This document shows positions 52,861-64,000 of a stretch of 64,000 nucleotides of DNA, one piece after another. The position numbers and the translations under genes were made by a program. The notes below the pieces were generated by a model. It saw nothing but the letters and a program-made list of their open reading frames with translations, had not been told where the DNA came from and searched no databases. Every line of letters starts with the position of its first letter. Position 1 is the stretch's first letter. Location: assembly GCA_002189035.1 (NCBI GenBank), contig NEEC01000018.1, positions 124,001-188,000 of the forward strand, in the 5' to 3' direction. The stretch comes from Utricularia gibba. Its lineage: Eukaryota > Plantae > Magnoliophyta.

Positions 52861-54334
52861 TGATATTGTAATAGAAAAAAGTATGACTTTACAACAATAA
52901 TTATTGGAAATTGCTAATATCCAGAATGTGTCATGGGGTATTCCCTAACCCTATGAAATTCCATCCTTGTCACATATCAACATCATGCCCAAGGCGAATA
53001 ATTTATATAAATTAAATTTACGATAAAATCTAGCAATATAATATAGAGGTTTATCATAATTATGATATCAATTATCACAATTAATGATATTTCCTCAATA
53101 AAAAACCTTCACTGTAAGAAATTGAGTATACATATATGAGAAAGAGCAAATAATGAAAATAAAATATTACACAAAAAATTGAGAAATATATAAGGATATT
53201 TTTAGGGGAAATATAGTTCTTTATTTAGGTTTAAAACAAAATAATATTCTTATTATACTTATTAACTAAAACTAATTCTTTTATTTATTTTCTGAAGAAA
53301 ATTATAGTTTTTAACTTATCAAAAAAAAGAGACACTTTATTCATATTCATTATCTTTTTTATTAAAAGATTTTTAAAAGTATATTGACTATTTATAATGA
53401 AATAAATAATTATTTGGGATCTAACTTTTAAGTGTTCATACAAAAACAATGTTTTTTTTATAAAGTTACAAAATTATGTGATTTTCGTAATTTTTGTTTC
53501 AAAATTTAATCTCATACATTTATTTTGAATAATAGAGATACGAATATTATTTAAAAAAGAAATATGGAAATAAATGAGGAAGAGAGAAAAATGAGATAAA
53601 AAAGATGAAATAGAAGAAAATTGGATATAGAGGTGGGTATGAGTATTAGTCAACCCATTGGACCCGAGTCGACTCATGACTCGTACTCGTATGGAAATGA
53701 ATACGAGTTAAATCCACATTCACGAGTATGACTTATTCGCCAATTCAATTTAATTTTTTTAAACCAAAAAAATATTTTGGATTAATGTAATTCTATGGTC
53801 TTTCTTTGTTATCAAACTTAATTATTAGATCCAAACTCAAACCAATAAAAGATAGTATCTCATATTTAGAGTTCGAAAAGTTTTCATTCTATCATTTTCT
53901 ACGCATTTTCAGTGTAATTTTCAAATCAATTTATTATGTTATTTTGTTGCACTTCACAATTTGTGACCTTTTATCTCGATTTTTTGTTTATGTTTGTATA
54001 TAATCTTTGCATATGGTTGTATTGTCAAACCCTTCTATCTTGCGGCTGCACGATAAAAGCATTGCTATCGATGCCATGGAAATGGAGGATGAATGTGTTG
54101 AAAATGCTTGAAGAGCCTCTTCGACCTCGAACAAGTATACACAAATATTCTTCTATCTTCTTTTGCATTATACTATTAATATGATTATGTAAGTATACAT
54201 TTTTTATTTATGTTTGCTATGATTATGATATCTTGATTTTCGTGATTCAAGATAATGAAAAATTCTTCATTGTATGCTTATGAAAGTAGGACTTGTGGCC
54301 ACCTCCAAGTGGATCGATTTGTATGGTAATCGAG

Positions 54335-55789
54335 GGGGGTGTTGGCATTTGTGACCTAAAATTTTGAAATTTTAGCATTTTTGACCCATAACAAAATGAT
54401 CGGTTCGACATATTTGACCTGAACCGGTACCGGTTCAGTATATGTGACCCAAAATATTTACAAAATGATATATTTGACCTGTCAAAAATTTATTGCATGA
54501 CATATTTGACCCATAAAAAATTCAGTTTTGATACTTTTGACCCATAAAATATTATAACGGGGCATATTTGACCCAACGAAAAGTTATAAAAGTTTACGAC
54601 GGAGTCCGTTTGATCCAATAAGTTTACTGATGGTCCATGTTTAGTGTTCAGTTGGCATATTCAACTCAATAATTTGGCATATTTGACCCTTACAGTTTAA
54701 TAATCTGGCATTGTTGACCCTTAAGGTTCATTAAATTTGCATATTTAACCCAAAAAGTGTGACAAATTAACATAATTAACCCAATAAGTTTATTGAATTG
54801 GCATAAATAACCTATAAAGTTTTTCAAAATTTTAAACAAATTAAATACTTTTTGAAATAAATATTGATCAATAAGTGCCCTATAGACATGGGCACATCAA
54901 TCAATCCGAATATTCATCGTGTCAACCCACTACGATTCGAACCTGTGATGTCGTTGCAAAGTGAACTTAAGATTATTATCAGCATTTTTATACATCAGAT
55001 TTATTTCTAAACATACGATAACATGACAAATGCAAGAATTACAAAAATAATATTTTTATAAACATATGATATATGTTTCTTAAAATATAAATAATGTAAA
55101 TATGTTATTTATTAAACCATATAAAAAATATTTTTTATAAACATATGACATATGATATAGATTTATCAGCGCTCGATCCTTACACGCGACTCGGATCGAG
55201 CGCTGATGAAAAGGCCACACGGGCGTGGCTTATGCGTAAACGACGCCCGTGTGGCTTACAAGTTTATAAGCGCTCGATCCGAGTCGCGCAGAAGGATCGA
55301 GCACGGATAAAAAGGCCACACGGGCGTGGCTTGTGCGTAAACCACACCCGTGTGGCTTATAGGTTTATCAGCGCTCGATCCTTACGCGCGACTCGGATCG
55401 AGCGCTGATAAAAAGGCCACACGGGCGTGGCTTATGCGTAAACCACGCCCGTGTGGCTTACAGGTTTATAGTGCTCGATCCAAATCACGCATAAGGATCG
55501 AGCGCTGATAAAACCGGGTTCAATTATGTAGGTCAAATATGCTAAACCGGTAAACTATTTGGGTCAAATATGCCAAAATTGAAATTTTATCAGATTAAAC
55601 TTATCATTATTAAATGGGTGTGTTCTACATTAACAAAAATTCGTAGGTCAAATATGTCAATTCGTCAAACTTATGGGTCAAATATGCCCATTCACGAAAC
55701 TTTATGGGCCCGTTATGCCCCGTTATGAAAATTTCTAGGTTCTTTATATTTTAAACCCATAATTTTTAGGTCATATATGTAATTATCTC
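54335..55789. mobile_element. Non-autonomous Mutator/Foldback-like element with periodic subterminal repeats and an internal hairpin array
   Basis: 9-10-bp direct repeat GTAATCGAG(G) at 54326-54335 and 55790-55799. CATATTTGACCC-type motif repeated at about 31-bp spacing in the left arm and inverted (GGGTCAAATATG) in the right arm. No transposase ORF. Confidence 0.88.
55165..55509. repeat. GC-rich array of alternating hairpins A-B-A'-B-A-B-A', period 101 bp
   Basis: A = ATCAGCGCTCGATCC-13 nt-GGATCGAGCGCTGAT (perfect 15-bp stem in A1 and A3). B = GCCACACGGGCGTGG-CTTATGCGTAAA-CCACGCCCGTGTGGC. A units start at 55165, 55266, 55367 and about 55468. Confidence 0.97.
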
Positions 55790-56163
55790 GTAATCGAGGA
55801 AGTGAATAAATTTATAAATAATATCATTTGAATTAGGTATATTTCTAAATAAATTGTACAATCCCAGATCATGAATATCAAAAAAAGCACAGGACTCGAA
55901 TACCCCTACGGTTGATGCCAAGGAAGCCGTAATTGTAGAGTCCGATGAGTCAGGATGTTCGACAATAGAGCAATGTTACTCTTGATGCTCGGTGTCAGAC
56001 GGCATGGTAAGCTTTATGCCATGATTGAGTTTGTGTGCCACCACACCTCCATGAACAATGACAGGAATCCTAAGAAGAGGGAGATGTTGATTACTCTCAA
56101 CTTCTTATAACTCACATTAAAAGACTAACTCGCTGACAATGATTCGAAAACATAAAGCAACAG

Positions 56164-56400
56164 TTGGTGAGAGCTCCTTGTACCCATTTTTCCCTCAGTA
56201 CAATCATCTTGGGAATTTTTCAGACACCCAGCATGGACTTAGTTACTAGGACTGCTCTTCCAAATAAACCACAATATCGTATGATTCCTAGTAAGAATCC
56301 TGAGCTGAAGAGACGAGCTGAGGATCTCTTGAAGAAAGGAGATGTTGAGTAAAGTCTCAATCATATCACCTGTCATGGTCCCTCCAAAATGAGCATTGCT
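56164..56400 (+). mobile_element. Gypsy (CRM-like) RT N-terminal fragment
   Basis: MDLVTRTALPNKPQYRM...NPELKRRAEDLLKKG resembles the recalled IDLVPGA.LPNK..YRM...E..EL.RQV.ELL.KG start of Gypsy RT; ends in a stop. Confidence 0.6.
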
Positions 56401-59378
56401 CTGTCATCGAGCATCCTGACTCATGCTTCCCAGGCACCACCCGTAGGACTATTTGAGTACTGCGCTTGTTTTGGTATTCATCATCTACCATGCTACAAGT
56501 TATATAGAAATATACCTACTTCAACTTATATTATTTTACTTCCTCAATTACCATACACATCTATCCACTTTCTTCTCTCTTTCATCTAATCTATTTCATC
56601 TCTTTTTTTTTTTTTCTCTCATATTTCTCGCTCTCAAATTTATTTCCCATATTTAATCTAAAATTATTTTTTTAATTAATATTCATATGTTTATCATATT
56701 TATAATATACACATTTTATTCAAAATAAATGTATGAGATTAAACAATGCATCTTTTTTCTTTCTAAATAAGTATATCAAAAAAATATTTACTTTTTATCT
56801 AAGTTATGAATTTTATTTTACATATTTATCCACTTACGTTTTGAAAACATTAATTTATAAAAATAATTACGAAAATCATATTATTTTATAAATTTATCAA
56901 AAAACTAATATTTTACTTATCAAAACCTAAAATTTAAATAATAAATAATCATTGAATTTGTTATAATCCATTAATATAAATTTAAAATTCTTTAAAAAAT
57001 AAAAGATAATGAATTAAAAATTGATAAATATTTATTTTATATACACTTAAATCCTAAGGATATTAATTTATAAAATACTTATGAAAAAACATTGTTTTTG
57101 TATCAACAATTAAAAAGTAAATCCTAAATAATTATTAATTTAATCATAATCAATCAATATAATTTTAAAAATCTTTTCATATAAAAGATAATGAATGTAA
57201 AACTTAATAGAATGAACAAAGTATCTCTTTTTTTGTTTATAAGTTAAAAATATATTTTGTTGATTAAATATATTAGAGAATTAGTTTTACTTAATAAATA
57301 AGTATAATACGAATATTATTTCGTTTTTAACATAAATTAATAGCTATTTTCACCTATAAATATCCTAACATAATTCTCAATCTCTTGTGTCATATCTTTT
57401 TTTTTTCATTATTTGCTCTTTCTCACATATAGATACTGAATTAGTTACGGTGAAAGTTTTTTTAGAGAAAATATCATTACTTGCGATAATTGTTATCCTA
57501 ATTATGATAAACCTCCATATTGTGTTACTAGATTTCATTGTGTTTCTTCATTTGCAGATGTTGAGCGAGAGTTGATTGCAATTGATTTGAATAAAATAGA
57601 TTTCAAATTGTGTTTAACGGTACAATACTACAATTATTGAATGATCGCCAAATATATGGAAATTACTAACTATTGTTATCTTCTATTTTCATTTCATCCT
57701 AACTATGCATAGATGCCCATTGAAGCACCAACTTCAAGTGTCGGATTTGATTTAAATTTTTTGACAACTAGAATTTGGTGATTATTATGATTTCCGATAT
57801 AGTGCATATTATTAACACTCACATTTTAATTTCTCAAGGCAACCTACTGGTTTTGATGCATTTCAAAGTAATATGGTGATGATTTTTTGAGTGCAAATAA
57901 ACTATTGAAATAATAAAATAAGATCATTTTTGTAGAGAATTGTTATTGAGATTTTATTTAAACAATAATTCAAAAATGACTTAAAACAAAATAAATGATT
58001 GGATCTATAATCTACTTTGCTAAAACTTGTCGATGTATGTGAATAAACTTTAAGAAATGACCTGCTTGTGCAAGTTCTAAAGTTTTGCTGATAATTGGTA
58101 TAGCATTATCTTCTTGTTTAGTAAAATTATAGAATCAAGTACATCAAAAAAATCATTATAACCTCTACACCTTACATCTCGTAGACATATTAGATCAAAT
58201 GTGCCTTATCAACTATGTTCGATTGTCTACTTAGGTGGTTGAGGCCAATTCAAGATTTTCTCACACTCTTTTAGAGTTATATAGTATCAAAGATTACGTT
58301 GATGAAAAAATGTTGTAAAAAACAGAATCAAATTTCAAATTAAACATTAAAGAACATGATAAAATAATCACACGTGCAGGACTTGTACAAGTAAGACTTC
58401 ATTGCAAATTCTTAGTCATAAGTACCTACATGTCCATGTTCAATTTTAAGTTACAAAGATTGATGGAAAACGATATGAAATAAACCCAAAGGTACAAGCA
58501 TTGATTCTAGACTCCTAGACTGATTTAAAGACTCTGATCTCTCCTCTCACTTTCAATAACTTGGTACAAATATTTATAAAAGGATGGAGATTTGTTGAGC
58601 TTTTTTAATGTACTTATATTAAATCTTTTATTTGAATCTTGTAAGATAATATATAAATCTCTAAGAATAAGATTCAAATCTTTTAAAATAAGATATAAAA
58701 TTTATCTTATCTAATAACTTTTGACTAGGTCTTCATTCGGATATGCTAAATTTTTGCTTACCTCAAAGCTAACTTGAATTTCTTATAAATAGGCCAAAAT
58801 CATCATAAAATTTCACAAAACACACTTTTACTCTAACAAAATCAATTATCATAATACGATACAAATTAGAAGAAATAGGTAATTTTAATTTGCATAATAT
58901 TATTTATTGTTGAAATTTGCATTTACTAAACTCTGTCTAAATTTGATTTTCGTTATTTTAATTTTAAATTTGAGCTTTGATAAACTAGGTCCCAATCCAC
59001 CTCCCCCCCCCCCCCCCCGTCAAAAGTTCCTCCACCTCCGCCATTGCACTTGTAGAGTATGTTGACAATCAGCATGTATCAGCGGGAGCCTTATCTTGGG
59101 TTTACATTTGAAGCGTCAATTACACTTTTGCCCTTCTATTGTCAAAGTTCGGGTTCGGGTCGTTTGATTGAAATATAAAAAAGGGGCCCGTTCAGATTCC
59201 AAAGAAACACCAACCCCGTAATCCTTAATTTCCTGGTTTCTTCGATCCAGAGATCACCACCACGCGGCGACTTATGTTCATAGGCGGTAAATTCCTTAAT
59301 TTTTTTGTTCGAATTCCATGATGATTATTATAGCATGATGTATTTTGACCTTTTCTCCCCATTTTGGTGCTTTCGTTT

Positions 59379-59396
59379 TGTTGTTGTTGTTGTTGA
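59379..59396. repeat. (TTG)n microsatellite in the F-box 5' UTR intron
   Basis: Read directly; about six units. Confidence 0.85.
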
Positions 59397-59707
59397 AGGC
59401 TTTGCTTCACTTTTTGTCATGCTGCAGTTTATGGAAAAGTATGCGGGCTGCTCTTTTTTCTGTAATCTGGGAATTGTTTGAATTTGGCTGGGCTTATTGA
59501 ATCGCCAGTGCTTTTTTCGTGCATTTGAGATCTGTGGCCTATTCTGAACACTAATCTTGATCACTAGCAACATAATTTTGTATTGTATTTAACAAAAGCT
59601 GTACATGTTTTCACTTGGATTCAACATAAATTTGAGTTTGGTATTATTCTTTCTGGCATTTGGTTGATGTTGAAAGTAGGGTTTATTGGTTTCAGGACTC
59701 ATTGGAG

Positions 59708-60457
59708 ATGTTGTCTGAGGAAATATTGAAGGTTGTTTTACCTTTGTTGGAAGCTAGAGACCTTGCAAAGTGTATGCTTGTTTCTAAACTTTGGAGGGAG
59801 GCTGCAGAGGATGATTATCTCTGGAAGTGTTTATGTGCCAGGAGATGGCCATCAATCTGCAGGAAGTCTGAACTCCTGAACATGCCATATTTCCGGCTAT
59901 ACAGAATGTTGTGTAAACATAATAAGAGCAGGAAGTTTCTTCCTCCGAGGCTGTCCTTCACTTACTTGGACTTTTGCATTGACATCTGGTGTGAAGAGAA
60001 GCTTGTCTACTCTGAAATTGTTCCTGGAAATGTTCTACAGAATAGTGCGTTGGCTTTTCCAGGTGGAATACCTGATGTGGTTAAGTTTTATTTGTCCAGT
60101 TCAGATTACAAGATGACAATTCCTATGCAACCAAGGTTTAGTATCCCTTTGGGCCAGACAGTAAGTGTCTCTGTCCTTGTGGTTAGAAGGGACTCCCAGA
60201 AAGTTGCTTGCATCATAAACAGATCCCAGTTTGAATATATCGATAGGTCCACCTTCCGTGCCATGGCGTTCGACTACTTGGACTTCTCACCTGCACACCC
60301 CTTTGTGTCAGGTGTGAGGGCTTGGATCTCATTGCTCTTCATGGACCATAGTGATGATGGGGCTGCTGATGTCTTTGGAATCGAACTTGATTTCTGTGAT
60401 GCTGCAAACACAGAACACCAAGTATTGTGGCTTCTAGACATGCTTGATTGGCAGTGA
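59708..60457 (+). CDS. F-box protein, At5g39250-like, single coding exon, 249 aa
   Basis: MLSEEILKVVLPLLEARDLAKCMLVSKLWREAAEDDYLWKCLCARRWPSIC (F-box), then PPRLSF, EYIDRS.FRAMAFDYLDFSP..PFVSG.RAW.SLLF and DVFGIELDFCDAA....VLWLLDMLDW. The ATG follows a 5' UTR intron acceptor (TTTCAG/GACTCATTGGAGATG); the track start at 59660 is intronic. Confidence 0.93.
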   Translation: MLSEEILKVVLPLLEARDLAKCMLVSKLWREAAEDDYLWKCLCARRWPSICRKSELLNMPYFRLYRMLCKHNKSRKFLPPRLSFTYLDFCIDIWCEEKLVYSEIVPGNVLQNSALAFPGGIPDVVKFYLSSSDYKMTIPMQPRFSIPLGQTVSVSVLVVRRDSQKVACIINRSQFEYIDRSTFRAMAFDYLDFSPAHPFVSGVRAWISLLFMDHSDDGAADVFGIELDFCDAANTEHQVLWLLDMLDWQ

Positions 60458-61554
60458 AATCGCCAGTAGACAATGGAACTAGTAGCACCTGGAGCAATGC
60501 TGCTTTCGTGATATTGTTCGGTCTCTGGTTAATTCTTTGAGCAGCTACTTAAAAGCTGTGTATCCATCCTTGCTGTCTGAAGGCAGTGTATCATGTGCCT
60601 CATTCTCAAAATAAACCTGTTTTGATAACACTTTCATCCTGAAAACATCACAGGAAAGGTGGATCCATCTCCTGAAAGCTGGAATCAAAGGCTCAACTCG
60701 TGTGGTTGCTTTTATAATATTAAAATTTAATTCAGATCTTAATATTTTTAAGCCTCGACTATAACCATCTTTCTCTTGTATCTAGTATGATCTTCTATTT
60801 TTCCCAAATCAAGTTTGCTTTCTATTAAAGATGGCACTTTGTTTGCTTTATTTCTAGAGGCGATTTGCTTATCTCTGTCATCCATTCAACTTAGGATGCC
60901 ATTGGAGTTTATGGCATTTAAATTTTGAAGGGGTTGGAATCATGAATGAACAAGAGATAGATTAAATATATGTTTAGAAAAATTATTTCACAAATAGAAT
61001 TAAAAATTCTAATAAAATATAAATTAATGTATATTCTAAAATTTTTTTAAAAAATCATTAATGTAAAATTGATTCATATTTAAGATGCGAAAAAATTAAA
61101 AGAATTTTTATGGGTTTATAATATATTTATTTATCTTTATTAATAACCAGTTTTAATAATTTTATATATTATAAAATTATATTTTATGCACTATTTGTAT
61201 TATAAAAATATAATATAATATATAAATTATATTTTATGTTATTATTATATTATAATTAGATTTTTATTTTACTTATATTTTAAAATATGATTACATTATG
61301 ATTATTCATTAAAAATTGGAAAAATGATAAATTCATTTTTTTAAAATAAATTTTGATAGAAACTAATTCTTCATGATTCTAATAAAAATAAAGTGATTTT
61401 CAAAAGTACATTTTCATACAAAATAATTAAATACATATTTAAAACATAGAAATAATTTTAGGAAAATAACATTAATTTTAGAAGGCTTCCAAAGCAATGA
61501 TTTTGTTGGAGATGGATCGTTTTCATCGGAGCAGTAAGGGAACACACCAAAGTG

Positions 61555-63416
61555 GGCTTCGTCTACCTTTTACCCTTGTTAGATACCTTACATTTGTATT
61601 TTACCCTATTAAAAAATTTTTTATATAATTTACCCTAGACAAAATTTATTTGTATTTTATCTTACTGAAAAAATTTATTTACAGTTTACTTTTAGCAGAA
61701 GTTAATGAATTGACTTTATATTTTTATCAAATAGCGTATTAATAAATGAAATATATTTAAATAAAAATTGAATTAAAAATTATGAATAATTTAATTTTAT
61801 CTTTAACGTATATTCAATATAAAATAAAAAATACTTGTGATATAAATAATAATAATAATAATAATTTATGTTATATAAATAAAATATTTAATTTATGAAA
61901 AACTAAAAATAGATTTTAAAACTTTTTTATAATATTATTAAATGATTAAAACAGATAAATTATTTATCAAAATAACAATTAAAACAATTTAAAAATTTAA
62001 TATATTTAATATACAATGTTGATTCTATATGAATAAATTATATTTTTGAAAGTTTTCAGTAAAATAAAATGTATAATTAAAAATAAAATATAATATAAAA
62101 CAATTCATTTTGCTTTTTTACATTTAGACTAAAATTTTTGTCAAATTAATTTTGTCATTCAAATTACGTATATTTTATCTTATTAACAAAAATCATTTAT
62201 ATTTTACTCTATCAATAAAATTGATCTGCGTTTTACCTTATCATAAATTCAATTTAATTTTTAATTCTTTTATATGATGTAAAATCGAAAAATATAAATT
62301 ATAATAAAATAAATATACAACATAAGTATTATATAATGTAGATTTTCTATGAATGAATTATATTTTAAAGATTTTAATATAAGAATATATAATTAAAATC
62401 AAAACATTATATTTAAAAGATAACATTTCATCTGTTTTGTGGTCTCAATAGATTTCATTTATTTGACTAATAAAGTATTTTCTTGATGGTTATCTCTCAC
62501 CTTTGATTGAAATTTCATTGTCATGCATGATGATGGGAGCATTGCTGAATTTGTATTTGGCAATGAGCCTCGCGCAACAGAGTAATCATTTGCCTCATGA
62601 TCCCAATGATTTCCCTCATATGATGAATATCTAAATGTCGAGTCATTTGAAATATAAAAATTCCTTGGTAATAGAATAATATTTCGTCGTGACAGAAGAA
62701 TGAATGAAACATTGAAGATTCTTATTCATGAATGATGGATTTATAGAATTCAAATCAATGAGATTTGATTCATATGCCTCATTTTAATGACGTCTATTTC
62801 TTTGTTGATGATTTACAGGTCTCTTATGTTTTGCTGTATTATCACCACCAAGTTTAATTTCTACGTTCAAATAGATTAATTGAAAGTCGAAAAGGAACCC
62901 ACTCTTGTTTATTTCATACTAGATGAATATGAAATTTGCAAATATTTATCAAGAAATATATTTGATAATAACCATTTACTTTATCTCGTGCATTTATTTA
63001 AAACTTATGACAAATTTTCATATAAAATAATATATTAGTTCAGAATTTAAATCAATATGACTAATTAATTTACCTTTTGTGCATAACTGCATGGATATTG
63101 ATTTATTTGCTAAATTTTGCAATCACATTCCTTTTTGAAATTTAACTATACAAGTTTCTAATGAATTTATAGCTTCTAATGAATTTCAATCCTAAATATC
63201 AAATCCTATTCAAATTTAAATATTAAATTTTAAATTCAAAAAATATTAATGTATTACAAAAAGACATTTTACAATTTTGTTAAGAATATAAATATGAAAA
63301 TCATAAAGCTAAGGTAAAATTGAAAGATCCAATTTTTTGGTAATTAACAAAGCGCTTAAGAAGTTTGAGTAAATTGCAAAGTAAATAAAAACGTTAGGAT
63401 ATTTGCCCCATTTCCC
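61555..63416 (-). mobile_element. Non-autonomous Mutator-like element with dissimilar ends (copy 4, inverted)
   Basis: Left end GGCTTCGTCTACCTTTTACC and right end TATTTGCCCCATTTCCC match the two end types of copies 1-3; TTTTACCCT motifs present. No TSD found, so this could be two half-elements. Confidence 0.55.
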
Positions 63417-63513
63417 TGGAATTGGCCACATGGATGTCTCCATACCAGAATTCAATATGCGCCCCCATGTTGAACCCCAGTATAGTCGACTCATCTAAAT
63501 TTTTGATTTTATA

Positions 63514-63530
63514 ATAAATAAATAAATAAA

Positions 63531-63558
<28 letters not shown>
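63514..63558. repeat. (TAAA)n + (TA)n microsatellite
   Basis: Read directly. Confidence 0.9.
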
Positions 63559-63561
<3 letters not shown>

Positions 63562-64000
63562 TAGAAATATAAAATTTATTTTAATAGATAGATCGAAATC
63601 AATTTTAAAATATGAATATGGAATTAGATAAGCTTGGGCAAACCCATTCATTCCTTCGTTTGTGTTCTAAATCGCTGCGCTGGTTCAGCATCGGATGGTG
63701 AGCTTCGAACCCCAACTGCTTACCACTTCAACATTATTGAATTACTCAAATTACGCAAATAACTCTTACTGTTGAGTAAAACAAAAGAGATAAGCGTTAT
63801 CTTTTATAATTCTATTGGCCTCCTAATCTTTGTTAATCTGTTCGACTTGTGGGGACCAAACCGCAACTCCCCTCAACCCCAAGTATAATTATAGTCACTG
63901 GTTGCCAAGAGACAGTCAATATGAACATCGGATTATGATGATGGTACAGTCAAGTCCCATTGACAACCTGTCACTAGATCCAGGGGGCCCTCCTACTCCT

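Larger units (their letters stand above)
53030..57540. repeat. Long imperfect inverted repeat (arms about 53030-53645 and 56548-57540)
   Basis: Several segments pair by reverse complement, e.g. ATTATGATAAACCTC, CATTATTTGCTCTTTCTCA, GTATAATA.GAATATTATTT, AAAAAACATTGTTTTTGTAT, AAATGTATGAGATTAAA. The right arm carries internal expansions; boundaries approximate. Confidence 0.65.

Noticed and set aside
55145-55408. 87-aa ORF
   Set aside because: By-product of the GC-rich hairpin repeat; no recognisable domain.
55165-55509. CRISPR array
   Set aside because: The intervening sequences are themselves repeated rather than unique spacers, there are no cas genes, and the context is plant nuclear DNA.
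53628-56563. hAT element defined by TAGAGGTGGGTATG / CCATACACATCTA ends
   Set aside because: The flanks are inverted rather than direct repeats, so these ends belong to the larger inverted repeat; no 8-bp TSD.
59003-59018. C16 run (also G11 at 47195-47205)
   Set aside because: Simple homopolymers with lengths prone to sequencing error; no further structure.
63660-63730. tRNA/SINE suggested by GGTTCGAA on the minus strand
   Set aside because: No cloverleaf or A-box could be built.

Overview
AT-rich, transposon-dense plant nuclear DNA. Five host genes are recognisable: a chloroplast-type aldose/glucose-6-phosphate 1-epimerase (minus, 10 exons, apparent 1-nt frameshift in exon 2), a CIB1/BEE-type bHLH (minus), an intact 12-exon MTOPVIB (meiotic TopoVIB-like, plus), a CIN/TCP5-13-17-type TCP (minus) and an At5g39250-like F-box gene (plus). 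There is also a SYP112-like syntaxin pseudogene fragment. Intergenic space is mostly nested TEs: an old Copia (7908-20558) carrying at least five insertions, a second Copia fused by deletion to the 3' half of an Athila element, seven related Athila-type LTRs (six solo), a hAT with perfect TSD, and two non-autonomous Mutator-like families. The most unusual object is a GC-rich 101-bp-period array of alternating DNA hairpins (55165-55509) in which the loop of one hairpin type flips orientation in every second unit; it lies inside a TSD-flanked Mutator-like element. All alignments were done by eye and family names rest on recalled protein motifs; no search was run.
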